Assembly: GCA_046598045.1 (NCBI GenBank)
Contig: JBKJJJ010000200.1
Span: forward strand, 1-39,344
Reading direction: 5' to 3'
DNA: 39,344 nt
DNA from: Candidatus Eiseniibacteriota bacterium
GTDB taxonomy: Bacteria; Eisenbacteria; RBG-16-71-46; DASYSL01
Shown: piece by piece, positions 18,663 to 27,482 of the stretch
Layout of the letters: each line of letters begins with the position of its first letter
Numbering within the stretch: the first letter of the stretch is position 1
Notes under the pieces: generated by a model
Database searches by the model: none
What the model saw: the letters and a program-made list of their open reading frames with translations, nothing else
Told to the model about the DNA's origin: nothing
Program-made: the position numbers and the translations under genes

Positions 18663-19701
18663 GCTCTGGTACGCGCTCGTCGCGCTCGTGTTCGCCACCT
18701 ACGTCGTGCTCGACGGCTTCGACTTCGGCGCCGGGATGCTCGCGCCATTCGTCGCCAGGACCGACACCGAGCGCCGCCAGGTGCTGGCGGCGATCGGCCC
18801 GTACTGGGACGGCAACGAGGTCTGGCTGCTCGCCGGCGGCGGCGCACTGTTCGTCGCCTTTCCGCGCGCGCTGGCGAGCGGGATCTCGGGCTTCTACCTC
18901 GCGATCTTCCTCGTCCTGTGGTGCCTGATCGCGCGCGGCATCGCGATCGAGTTCCGCAGCCACGTCAAGGATCCCTTGTGGCGGGCGCTCTGGGACTTCG
19001 TGCTGCCGGTGGCGAGCGCGCTGCTGGCACTGTTCTTCGGGGTCGCGTTCGGCAACCTGGTGCGCGGCGTGCCGCTCGATCAGGACGGCTGGTTCGCGCT
19101 CGCGCTGTTCACGAGCGGCCTGCCCGAGGACCCGGTCGGCATCCTCGACTGGTACACCGTGCTCGCGGGGTTGTTCGCGGTGCTCGCGCTGGCGAACCAC
19201 GGCGCGCAGTTCCTCGCGTGGAAGACCAGCGGCGCGGTGGCGGCGAGGAGCCGCGCGCTCGGCCGGCGCCTGGCGATCGCGCTCGCGCTGCTGTGGCCGG
19301 TGGTCACGCTGCTCACCGGCCGCATCAATCCGGAGTTGTTCGCCGCCCTGCTCACGCGCCCGCTGGCCTGGGCCACGACCGCGCTCGCGGCGGGCGGCCT
19401 CGCGTTCGGCTTCGTGGCGCGCGCGCGGGCGAACGACCGCGCGGCGTTCCTCGCGTCGGGCGCGTTCCTCGTCGGCATTCTCGGCGCGACCGCGGCGGCG
19501 CTCTTCCCGGTGATGCTGCGCGCGCGCGGCGGGGCCGGGCCTTCGCTCACCGCGTACACGGCGGCGAACGACCCGCACGGCCTCGCGGTCGCGCTCGGCT
19601 GGTTCGCGATCGGGGCGCCGCTGGCGCTGTTCTACCTCGGCGTGCTGGCGTGGATCCACCGCGGCCGCGCCGAGGCCGCCGCGGAGGGGGAGGGGTACTA
19701 G
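18655..19701 (+). CDS. cydB: cytochrome bd ubiquinol oxidase subunit II
   Basis: YVVLDGFDFG, GPYWDGNEVWL, RGIAIEFR. Multiple TM helices. Confidence 0.95.
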   Translation: MVELWYALVALVFATYVVLDGFDFGAGMLAPFVARTDTERRQVLAAIGPYWDGNEVWLLAGGGALFVAFPRALASGISGFYLAIFLVLWCLIARGIAIEFRSHVKDPLWRALWDFVLPVASALLALFFGVAFGNLVRGVPLDQDGWFALALFTSGLPEDPVGILDWYTVLAGLFAVLALANHGAQFLAWKTSGAVAARSRALGRRLAIALALLWPVVTLLTGRINPELFAALLTRPLAWATTALAAGGLAFGFVARARANDRAAFLASGAFLVGILGATAAALFPVMLRARGGAGPSLTAYTAANDPHGLAVALGWFAIGAPLALFYLGVLAWIHRGRAEAAAEGEGY

Positions 19702-19744
19702 CAAAACGCCGCCCAGGTCGGGCGGCGCGCGCTGCCTACGAATA

Positions 19745-19821
19745 TGGGGTGAGTGACGGGGCTCGAACCCGCGACACCCGGGACCACAACCCGGTGCTCT
19801 GCCAGCTGAGCTACACCCACC
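19745..19821 (-). tRNA. tRNA-His(GTG)
   Basis: The reverse complement folds as a cloverleaf with anticodon GTG, G-1 and an encoded CCA. Confidence 0.96.
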
Positions 19822-19856
19822 ATGTCGAATCCGCGCATCGCCCGCGGGGAGCGGAA

Positions 19857-19930
19857 TGCGCCTGGGGGGATTCGAACCCCCGACCCACGGATTAGAAATC
19901 CGTTGCTCTCTCCAACTGAGCTACAGGCGC
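19857..19930 (-). tRNA. tRNA-Arg(TCT)
   Basis: Acceptor GCGCCTG/CAGGCGC. Anticodon arm ACGGA-TTTCTAA-TCCGT. No encoded CCA. Confidence 0.96.
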
Positions 19931-19968
19931 ACGTCCTGCACCACGGGTCGGCGGATTCTGCCAAAAAG

Positions 19969-20042
<74 letters not shown>

Positions 20043-20068
20043 GCGCCTATACGCGTGAAAGTCGCCGT

Positions 20069-20098
20069 AACATAAGCGTTGGTCGCATGTTCTGTCAA
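20069..20098 (-). promoter_or_regulatory. sigma70-type promoter for the Pro-Arg-His tRNA operon
   Basis: On the minus strand: TTGACA(20098-20093)-N18-TATGTT(20074-20069). Confidence 0.65.
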
Positions 20099-20350
20099 AC
20101 GGAGTGGCCGGGACGGGGCCCCCGGCCGCCCCGCGGCGGCCAATCTCCTGCCGCGAGCCGGGTTCCCTGCGGCACGCCGATCGGCCACGCCGGGCAGCTG
20201 CGCGCGGGCGGGAACGCTCTAGAAACTGACCCAGCGGGGTCGTACACTCCCCCCGGTGGCCGGAACCCGCGCCAGTGCGGCGGGGGTTCCGGCCGCGGCC
20301 CCGCGACCAAGCCCCTGGGCCGGGCCCCCGCACGCAAGGAGTCTCGATTC

Positions 20351-20839
20351 ATGAGCGTCAACAAGGTCATCCTCATCGGCAACCTCGGCAAGAAGCCCGA
20401 GCTGCGCTACACCCCGGGCGGCCAGGCGGTCGCGAATTTCACGCTCGCGACCAACGAGCGCTTCGGGGGCAAGGACGGCCAGCCCGCGCAGGAGCGCACG
20501 GAGTGGCACCGCATCGTGGTGTGGGGCCGCACCGCCGAGAACTGCGGCCAGTACCTCGACAAGGGCCGCTCGGTCTACATCGAGGGCCGGCTGCAGACCC
20601 GCGAGTGGCAGGACAAGGAAGGGCAGAAGCGCCAGACCACCGAGATCGTGGCCAACACGGTGCAGTTCCTCGGCGGCAAGGGCGGTGGCGCCGGTGAGGG
20701 CGGCATGGCGGGCGGCGGCGAAGACCGCATGGCGCCTGGTGGCGAAGACCGCATGGCCGCGGGCGTCCCCTCCGGTGGCATGAACGACGACTTCGGCGGC
20801 GACGCCGGGGGCAACACCGACGACGACCTGCCGTTCTAG
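20351..20839 (+). CDS. ssb: single-stranded DNA-binding protein
   Basis: [34 protein letters not shown]. Gly-rich linker and DDLPF tip. Confidence 0.97.
   Translation: MSVNKVILIGNLGKKPELRYTPGGQAVANFTLATNERFGGKDGQPAQERTEWHRIVVWGRTAENCGQYLDKGRSVYIEGRLQTREWQDKEGQKRQTTEIVANTVQFLGGKGGGAGEGGMAGGGEDRMAPGGEDRMAAGVPSGGMNDDFGGDAGGNTDDDLPF
20714..20761 (+). repeat. 24-nt tandem duplication in the SSB linker (GGEDRMA x2)
   Basis: GGCGGCGAAGACCGCATGGCGCCT followed by GGTGGCGAAGACCGCATGGCCGCG. Confidence 0.85.
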
Positions 20840-20878
20840 GCGGATCGCCGGCGCGCCTGCTGCATCCAACCCATGTAA

Positions 20879-21241
20879 GGGGGCGATTGGTTTCGACGGG
20901 GAACATGAAGCGACAGGAGCATGCCGAGGTGCTGGCCCCTCGTTAATCCGCTGGCAAAAATCATCTGCCAACACGCAGATGGCTCTGGCTGCCTAGTCCT
21001 AACCGACTAGTGTAACCACGTTTCGCCCGGGCCTGCCGCTCGGCACGGAACGAAGCGTCGCTAAAGAGCGGCTGGTCGGACGCCTTGCCCGGGGGCTGAC
21101 GACGAGAGCATGACGGGCTAGCGCCGCGGATCACCTGGCGATCGGGGCACGCGGAGCGAAGGCGCTAAAGATCGACGAAGCATGTGGCGCCTGTCGGGGA
21201 TCGTTTTTCGGACGCGGGTTCGACTCCCGCCGCCTCCACCA
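20879..21241 (+). ncRNA. ssrA: tmRNA; tag reading frame 20967-20996 encodes ANTQMALAA*
   Basis: 5' GGGGGCGATTGGTTTCGAC and 3' GGTTCGACTCCCGCCGCCTCCACCA. G3-U wobble in the acceptor stem. Internal ORF ending LAA-stop. Confidence 0.96.
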
Positions 21242-21256
21242 AGCTGCATCCCACAG

Positions 21257-21286
21257 CGGCTCCGGTCCTCAGGGCCGGAGCCGTTC
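21257..21286 (+). terminator. hairpin/terminator after tmRNA
   Basis: CGGCTCCGGTCC/GGGCCGGAGCCG stem, with only a weak T tail. Confidence 0.6.
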
Positions 21287-21330
21287 GTGCGTTCCCGCCC
21301 CCGTCTTCTCCCACCCCCGCGGAGCCCGCC

Positions 21331-21825
21331 ATGAACCGTCTCTTCATGCTGCTGTGCGCCCTCGCCCTGGTCTCGCTCGCCGCGCCCGCGCGTTCGGCCA
21401 CATCCGTTGCCGCGCCCGATTCCTCGCACCTCCAGGCGGTGCGCGAGTTCTGCGACGTGGTCGGCATCGAGCGCCAGATGACCAGCGGCGCCGACGTCAT
21501 GATCGACGCGCAGGTCAAGGCCAACCCGGCGATCGCCCCGTATCGCGACGTGCTCGTCGAGTGGTCGCACAAGTACCTCACCTGGGAAGCGATCGGTCCC
21601 GAGATCACGAAGCTCTACCTCGAGGCGTTCAGCGAGCCCGAGATGCGCGAGATCACGGCGTTCTACCGCACGCCCACGGGCCAGAAGTCCCTTACCCTGT
21701 TGCCCCAGCTCATGCAGAAGGGCGCCGCCATCGGGAGCGCGCTCGGGCAGCGGCACACGCCCGAGCTGCTCCAGATGATCAAAGAGAAGGACGCGAAGTC
21801 GGGGCAGACCGAAACCCGGATGTAG
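21331..21825 (+). CDS. DUF2059-domain secreted protein
   Basis: GGAG RBS, signal peptide. LYLEAFSEPEMREITAFYRTPTGQK matches the DUF2059 signature. Confidence 0.85.
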   Translation: MNRLFMLLCALALVSLAAPARSATSVAAPDSSHLQAVREFCDVVGIERQMTSGADVMIDAQVKANPAIAPYRDVLVEWSHKYLTWEAIGPEITKLYLEAFSEPEMREITAFYRTPTGQKSLTLLPQLMQKGAAIGSALGQRHTPELLQMIKEKDAKSGQTETRM

Positions 21826-21875
21826 TTTTCCGGCGCGCGCTTCTACGATTGCCGTGTCGGGGCGACAACGCGGTC

Positions 21876-21904
21876 TTGAAGTCGCCCCGGATGGGCACTA
21901 CATT
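21876..21904 (+). promoter_or_regulatory. sigma70-type promoter of the yggS operon
   Basis: TTGAAG(21876-21881)-N17-TACATT(21899-21904), upstream of the GGAAGGAGG RBS. Confidence 0.55.
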
Positions 21905-21947
21905 GGGGGGCTTTCCGGGGGCAGGCGGCCCGGAAGGAGGGCCCGTG

Positions 21948-22676
21948 GTGGTGGAAACCGGTTTCGCGGAGCAACTTGCGGCGATCCGCGCGCGCGTCGC
22001 GCGGGCCGCCGAGCGCGCCGGACGCCCCGCGAGCGCGGTCACCCTCGTGGGCGCGACCAAGACCGTTCCGGCCGCGCGGTTGCTCGAGGCCATTACGGCC
22101 GGGCTGGCCGACCTGGGCGAGAACCGGGTGCAGGAGGCGGAGGAGAAGATCCCTGCCGTGCTCGCGGGGTTGCCGGCCGGAACCGCGGCGCCGACGTGGC
22201 ACCTGATCGGGCACCTGCAGTCGAACAAGGCCCGCCGCGCCGTGGCGCTGTTCGACTGGATCCACTCGGTGGATTCGCCCCGGCTGGCGGACGCGCTCGA
22301 CCGCCTGGCGGGGGAGCTCGGACGACGGCCGCGCGTGTTGGTCGAGGTCAACACCTCGGGCGAGGCGTCCAAGGCCGGCGTGCCGCCCGGCGAGGCGGTG
22401 GCGCTGGCCGACTACGTGTCGCGGCTGCCGCATCTGACGCTGCGCGGATTGATGACGATCGGGCCGCTGGTCGAGCGCGCCGAGGACGCGCGCCCGGCGT
22501 TCGCAAAGCTGGCGGCTCTGCTCGCGGACGCAGGGCGGGCGCTCGGGGACCGGGCGCCGGAGCTGGACACGCTGTCGATGGGCATGAGCGGTGATTTCGA
22601 GGTCGCGATCGCAGAGGGCGCGACCATGGTGCGCGTCGGCAGCGCGCTGTTCGGCGCGCGCGACGCAGCCGGCTAG
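21948..22676 (+). CDS. yggS: PLP homeostasis protein YggS (GTG start; 21945 and 21951 are alternatives)
   Basis: GATK, GENRVQE, WHLIGHLQSNK, HSVDS, GLMT, LSMGMSGD, MVRVGS. Confidence 0.95.
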   Translation: MVETGFAEQLAAIRARVARAAERAGRPASAVTLVGATKTVPAARLLEAITAGLADLGENRVQEAEEKIPAVLAGLPAGTAAPTWHLIGHLQSNKARRAVALFDWIHSVDSPRLADALDRLAGELGRRPRVLVEVNTSGEASKAGVPPGEAVALADYVSRLPHLTLRGLMTIGPLVERAEDARPAFAKLAALLADAGRALGDRAPELDTLSMGMSGDFEVAIAEGATMVRVGSALFGARDAAG

Positions 22677-22696
22677 AGACTAGAACTGGGGATCCG

Positions 22697-22996
22697 ATGT
22701 TCGTGTTGGGCAACCTGCTGACCGCGATCGCCAACGTGCTCGGCGGCGTGATCAACCTGTGGTCGTTCGTGGTCATCGTGGCGGCGGTGCTGTCGTGGTT
22801 GCCGATCGATCCGTATCACCCGGCCGCGACGGTGGTGCGCCGCCTCGCGGACCTGCTGTGCGACCCGATCCGGCGCATCGTGCCCATGCACAGCATCGGC
22901 ATCGACCTGTCGCCGCTGTTCGCGCTCCTGCTCCTGCAGTTCACGAACCAGTTCCTGGTTTCGTCCCTGCGAGAGCTGGGCCAGCGCATGGGCTGA
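22697..22996 (+). CDS. yggT: YggT family membrane protein
   Basis: LSW..DPYHP...P.RRIVP..IDLSP. Confidence 0.9.
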   Translation: MFVLGNLLTAIANVLGGVINLWSFVVIVAAVLSWLPIDPYHPAATVVRRLADLLCDPIRRIVPMHSIGIDLSPLFALLLLQFTNQFLVSSLRELGQRMG

Positions 22997-23009
22997 GGGG
23001 CAAGGCCCC

Positions 23010-23291
23010 TTGGAGTTGCGCCTGAGGATCACGCCGGGCGCGAAGGTCAGCGCGTGGGCGGGAGCGATGCCCGACGGTCGGCGCAAGGTGAAGGTCGCCG
23101 CGCCGGCGATCGAGGGTCGCGCGAACGCGGCGCTGGTGGCGTTCGTGGCGAAGAGCCTCGGGCTGCCGAAGCGCGCGGTGCAGGTCGCGCAGGGCGCGAG
23201 TGGGCGGGACAAGGTGTTGACGGTGGACCTCGCAGCGGACGAACTCGCGCGCCGCATCGAGGCGTGCATGAAACCCAAGGAGACGGGATGA
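23010..23291 (+). CDS. DUF167 (YggU) family protein
   Basis: TTG start. PGAK, AAPAIEGRANAAL, GASGRDK. Confidence 0.88.
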   Translation: MELRLRITPGAKVSAWAGAMPDGRRKVKVAAPAIEGRANAALVAFVAKSLGLPKRAVQVAQGASGRDKVLTVDLAADELARRIEACMKPKETG

Positions 23292-24166
23292 GCACGATGA
23301 AAGACGTCGCCCCGAACGACCTCAAGCGCCAGATCGACGAGGCGGTGTCGTACCTGCGCGGCCGGACCAAGGTCGTTCCCGAGGTCGCGGTCATCCTCGG
23401 GACCGGCCTCGGCACGCTCGCCGAGGGGCTCACGGCCGAGGCCACGGTGCCCTACGGCGACATCCCGCACTTCGCGGTCTCGACGGTCGAGAGCCACAAG
23501 GGCGAGCTCGTGTTCGGCAAGCTGGGCGGGCGCCCCGCGGTGGTGATGAGCGGCCGCGTGCACTTTTACGAGGGCTACACCATGCGCCAGGTGTCGTTCC
23601 CGGTGCGCGTGATGCAGGCGCTCGGCGCGCACACGCTGCTGGTGTCGAACGCGTGCGGCGGCATGAACCCGTTGATGGATGCCGGGGACATCATGCTCGT
23701 CACCGACCACATCAATCTCATGGGCGACAACCCGCTGATCGGCCCGAACGACGAGAGCCTCGGCCCGCGCTTCCCGGACATGAGCCAGCCTTACGATCGC
23801 GCGCTGCTCAAGCTCGCCGAGGATGTCGCGCTCGCCGAGGGACAGCGCGTCCAGAAGGGCGTGTTCGTCGCCGTCGCCGGCCCGAACCTCGAGACCGCGG
23901 CCGAGTACCGGTTCCTGCGTGGGATCGGAGCCGACGTGGTCGGGATGTCGCTCATTCCCGAGAACCTGGTCGCCGTGCACGGCGGGATGCGGGTGCTCGC
24001 ATTCGCCGTGATCACCGATCGCTGTCTGCCCGATGCCCTCGAGCCGGTGGACATCCCCAGGATCCTCGCGGTGGCGGCCGAAGCCGCGCCGCGGTTGGAT
24101 CGCCTCGTCACGCGCGTGGTCGCGCGACTCGACGAGGTGCCCATGACCCGCGAGCGCCACGCTTGA
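23288..24166 (+). CDS. purine-nucleoside phosphorylase (trimeric, PNP-I type)
   Basis: AAGGAG RBS. ILGTGLG, GRVHFYEGY, NACGG, DHIN, RFPDM, GPNLET, VGMS. Confidence 0.94.
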   Translation: MSTMKDVAPNDLKRQIDEAVSYLRGRTKVVPEVAVILGTGLGTLAEGLTAEATVPYGDIPHFAVSTVESHKGELVFGKLGGRPAVVMSGRVHFYEGYTMRQVSFPVRVMQALGAHTLLVSNACGGMNPLMDAGDIMLVTDHINLMGDNPLIGPNDESLGPRFPDMSQPYDRALLKLAEDVALAEGQRVQKGVFVAVAGPNLETAAEYRFLRGIGADVVGMSLIPENLVAVHGGMRVLAFAVITDRCLPDALEPVDIPRILAVAAEAAPRLDRLVTRVVARLDEVPMTRERHA

Positions 24167-24191
24167 GCGCCGCCGCCGGAGGACCGAACCC

Positions 24192-24896
24192 ATGACGTCG
24201 CGCACCGGATCGACCAGCAAGTCGGCGAAGTCCGCCGCGACCAAGACCTCGCCCCGCGCCGCAGCCGCGAAGCCCGCGCCCGCCCGTGCCCCGGCGCCGG
24301 CCAAGGCGGTGCCGTCCGCGAAAACGGCCGCCCGGCCCACGGCTCCCGTGAAGGCGCCGGCCAAGGCAGCCGCGAAGCCCGCACCGGCCAAGGCGCCAGC
24401 GAAGGCCGCCGCGAAGCCCGCGCCCGCGAAGCTCGCGCCGGTCCGCCCCGTGCCGCCGCCGGTCGCCAAGGCGCCGCCGGTCGTCAAGCCGGCCGTGCTC
24501 GAGCCCGTCAACAAGGTCACGAAGAAGGACCACAAGCACTTCGAGGATCTCCTGCTCGGGGAGCGCGGCCGCCTGCTCAAGGAACTCGGCTACCTGGAGG
24601 CCAACGTGCTCAAGCAGAACCAGCGCGACTCCTCGGGGGACCTCTCGGGCTATTCGTTCCACATGGCCGACCTCGGCACCGACGCGATGGAGCGCGAGAA
24701 GGCGTTCCTGTTCGCCTCGGCCGAGGGACGCGCGATCTACGACGTGGACGAGGCGCTGCGCCGACTCTACGGCGGCGCCTACGGCACCTGCGAATCCTGC
24801 AGCCAGCCGATCGCGCGCGAGCGCCTCGAGGTCGTGCCCCACGCCCGCCTGTGCGTGCGCTGCAAGGAGCGCGAGGAAAAGGCCGGCCGCCGCTGA
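24192..24896 (+). CDS. TraR/DksA C4 zinc-finger protein with Ala/Lys/Pro-rich N-terminal extension
   Basis: HMADLGTD coiled-coil tip. YGTCESC...I..ERLE..P...LCVRC zinc finger. Confidence 0.92.
   Translation: MTSRTGSTSKSAKSAATKTSPRAAAAKPAPARAPAPAKAVPSAKTAARPTAPVKAPAKAAAKPAPAKAPAKAAAKPAPAKLAPVRPVPPPVAKAPPVVKPAVLEPVNKVTKKDHKHFEDLLLGERGRLLKELGYLEANVLKQNQRDSSGDLSGYSFHMADLGTDAMEREKAFLFASAEGRAIYDVDEALRRLYGGAYGTCESCSQPIARERLEVVPHARLCVRCKEREEKAGRR
24351..24428 (+). repeat. 39-nt tandem repeat encoding KAPAKAAAKPAPA x2
   Basis: Two adjacent units with identical amino-acid sequence and synonymous DNA differences. Confidence 0.8.
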
Positions 24897-24925
24897 GCGC
24901 GCTGCCGGAGCCTCTCGTCGCCCCG

Positions 24926-25483
24926 ATGCCCGCCCGGCGCCTGCCCTGGTTCGATCCGACGTTCTGGACGGTGTGGACTCTGGCCGCACTGGTGTTCGCG
25001 CTCGATCGCGTCACCAAGGCGTGGGCGGAGCAGGTGCTCGGCCCGGTGGGCACGCTGCCGTTCGCCGGCGAATGGCTGCGCTTCACCTATGTGCGCAACA
25101 CCGGGGTCGCGTTCGGCCTCGGCGCCGGCAAGGCGCTCCCGCTGGTGGCGATCACGCTGGTCGCGCTCGGCCTCGTCGCCGCGCTCGCATTCTCGGCGCG
25201 CAGCCGCACCTGGCCGCGCAGCATCGCGCTCGGGCTGATCGTCGGCGGGGCTGCCGGCAACCTGCTCGACCGCGCGCGCTGGGGCTCGGTGATCGACTTC
25301 GTGGACTTCGGTTACCGCCAGAACTGGTGGCCGGTGTTCAACGCCGCCGACTCGGCGATCTCCGTCGGCGTCGCCCTGTATGCCCTCACGCTGCTCACCG
25401 AGAGCAAGGACAAAGATGACCGCGGACTCCCGTCCCACGCGCCGGCACCAGATCCTCCCGGAGGAGCAGGGGGAACGGCTTGA
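24926..25483 (+). CDS. lspA: lipoprotein signal peptidase II (start uncertain)
   Basis: DRVTK, NTGVAFG, GAAGNLLDR, VIDF, FNAADS. Confidence 0.93.
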   Translation: MPARRLPWFDPTFWTVWTLAALVFALDRVTKAWAEQVLGPVGTLPFAGEWLRFTYVRNTGVAFGLGAGKALPLVAITLVALGLVAALAFSARSRTWPRSIALGLIVGGAAGNLLDRARWGSVIDFVDFGYRQNWWPVFNAADSAISVGVALYALTLLTESKDKDDRGLPSHAPAPDPPGGAGGTA

Positions 25484-26444
25484 TCGTGTCCTCGCCCGCG
25501 CCTGGCCGGAGCTGACCCGGAGCCGCATCCAGGCGCTCCTCAAGTCCGGACACGTCCAGGTCGATGGTCGCGCGGCGCGCGCCAGCGACTCCGCGCGCGC
25601 CGGCGCGCTCGCCTCCGCGACGATCCCCGAATCCGCACCGAGCGTGCTCGTCCCCGAGGCGATCGCCCTGTCCATCGTGTTCGAGGACGAATTCCTGCTG
25701 GTGATCGACAAGCCCGCCGGCATGGTCGTCCATCCGGGCGCCGGCGTGCGCTCGGGGACGCTCGTTCACGCGCTGCTCGCCCATTGCCCGGGGATCGAGG
25801 GCATCGGCGGCGTGGCCCGGCCCGGTCTCGTCCATCGCCTCGACAAGGACACCAGCGGATTGCTGGTGGTGGCCAAGACCGATGCGGCCTACCAGGGCCT
25901 GACCAGGGACCTCGCCCGGCGGCGGATCGCCCGGCGCTACCTCGCCCTGGTGTGGGGCGTCCCGGGAGCAGTGGGGGCGAGCGGCCGCGTCGAGGCCGCG
26001 ATCGGCCGGGACCCGAGGGAGCGCAAGCGCATGGCCGTCCGGCCCACCGGATCGACCGGCTCCCGCTTGGCCGCGACGCGCTGGCGGGTCCTCGCGACCC
26101 TGCCCGTGGACGCGGCCCGGCCCCGCTTCGCGCTCCTGTGCTGCGAGCTCGAGACCGGCCGCACGCACCAGATCCGGGTTCACTTGAGCCATGTCGGATT
26201 TCCGGTGGTGGGGGACGCGACCTATGGCGGTGGCGTCAAAAAGGCCTTGAGCCTCCCCCCGCCCGACCGTAGACTCGCGCAGCAATCGGTGACGGACCTT
26301 GGTCGCCAGGCCCTGCACGCGGCCGAGCTCGAGTTCCAGCATCCGATCCACGGCGGAGCCCTTCGGTTCGAGGCTCCGCTCTCTCATGACATGGTTCGCG
26401 CGTTGTCGGCGCTTGGACTATCGACCAACCCTTCCTGCTCGTGA
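25416..26444 (+). CDS. rluD: RluA/RluD family pseudouridine synthase
   Basis: AAGGA RBS. S4 domain RLD, DKPAGMVVHP, HRLDKDTSG, TGRTHQIRVH, GDATYG, QALHA. Confidence 0.92.
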   Translation: MTADSRPTRRHQILPEEQGERLDRVLARAWPELTRSRIQALLKSGHVQVDGRAARASDSARAGALASATIPESAPSVLVPEAIALSIVFEDEFLLVIDKPAGMVVHPGAGVRSGTLVHALLAHCPGIEGIGGVARPGLVHRLDKDTSGLLVVAKTDAAYQGLTRDLARRRIARRYLALVWGVPGAVGASGRVEAAIGRDPRERKRMAVRPTGSTGSRLAATRWRVLATLPVDAARPRFALLCCELETGRTHQIRVHLSHVGFPVVGDATYGGGVKKALSLPPPDRRLAQQSVTDLGRQALHAAELEFQHPIHGGALRFEAPLSHDMVRALSALGLSTNPSCS

Positions 26445-26506
26445 GCGCGGCCTTGCTCGGCGTCGCGTGACGGCCCCCCGGGTCCGTGCTGTCGAGGAGG
26501 CTCATC

Positions 26507-26968
26507 TTGTCCGTCTCTCCCCCCGTCGAAGTCATTCACCTCACGATTCCAAGCCGTCTCGAGCTATTGCCGCTGGTCGATCAACTGGCTGCCGGCATCT
26601 CCGAGCGCATGGCTTTCGACGAGGAAGGCCGCATGCAGATCTCGATCTCGGTCCTCGAAGCGGGCACGAACGCGATCCAGCACGGCAATCGCGTGGATCC
26701 GACCAAGCTCGTGGACATGGCGTTCTCGATCCATCCCGACCGCCTCGAGGTCGTGGTCAAGGACCGCGGCCCCGGGTTCGACCTGAGCAAGATCACGTCC
26801 GACATCACCACCCCCGAACACCTGCTCGACCTGCGCGGCCGCGGCATCTACATGATGCGCAACTGCATGGACGCGGTCGATTTCACGTTCGATCCCGACG
26901 GCACGACCTGCCGGCTGGTGAAGGCCCGGCCCCGGGCCTCGACGAACGGGAGCCAGAGCGCGGCCTGA
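26507..26968 (+). CDS. RsbW/SpoIIAB-like anti-sigma-factor kinase (HATPase_c_2)
   Basis: GAGGAGG RBS with TTG start. EAGTNAIQHG (N box), DRGPGFD (G1), GRGIYMM (G2). Confidence 0.88.
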   Translation: MSVSPPVEVIHLTIPSRLELLPLVDQLAAGISERMAFDEEGRMQISISVLEAGTNAIQHGNRVDPTKLVDMAFSIHPDRLEVVVKDRGPGFDLSKITSDITTPEHLLDLRGRGIYMMRNCMDAVDFTFDPDGTTCRLVKARPRASTNGSQSAA

Positions 26969-26978
26969 GCGCCCGGGC

Positions 26979-27482
26979 ATGAAGCGCATCCTCGCTGCGG
27001 ACTGGGGCACGCGCCGGGTCGGCCTCGCCGTCTCCGATGTGCTCGGAATCACCGCGCAGCCGCTGCCGCCGCTGCTCCTTCCCGAGGGCCAGGATCCCGC
27101 GCACGGGCCCGCCTACGTCGCGCGCGCGCTGGCTGCGCTCGCCGAGACGCACGGCGTCGCGCGCATCGTGATCGGCCTGCCGCTCGAACTGTCGGGGGAG
27201 CGCGGGGAGTCGGCCCGCGCCGTGGACGCGCTCGCCGCTGCGCTCGCGCCGCGCACCAAGGTGCCGGTCGAGCTGTGGGACGAGCGCTTCACCAGCGCGC
27301 TCGCGGAGCAATCAATCAGGGACGAGGGCCGGACGCTGGCGCGCAGGAAGGGCGGGGGCCGCGAGCGCGCCCGCGCCCGCCCCGAGGACAAGGCGCGGGT
27401 CGACCAGCGGGCCGCGCTGCTCCTGCTCCAATCGTGGCTCGACGCCCACCCCGACGCGCAGGGCGGGGAGTTCGAGGGATGA
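26979..27482 (+). CDS. ruvX: YqgF/RuvX family nuclease (pre-16S rRNA processing)
   Basis: ADWGTRRVGLAVSD, IGLP, DERFTS, D..AA.LLLQ. Confidence 0.93.
   Translation: MKRILAADWGTRRVGLAVSDVLGITAQPLPPLLLPEGQDPAHGPAYVARALAALAETHGVARIVIGLPLELSGERGESARAVDALAAALAPRTKVPVELWDERFTSALAEQSIRDEGRTLARRKGGGRERARARPEDKARVDQRAALLLLQSWLDAHPDAQGGEFEG

Noticed and set aside
21242..21900. Element integrated at the tmRNA 3' end
   Set aside because: Only a DUF2059 gene follows, with no att repeat or recombinase.
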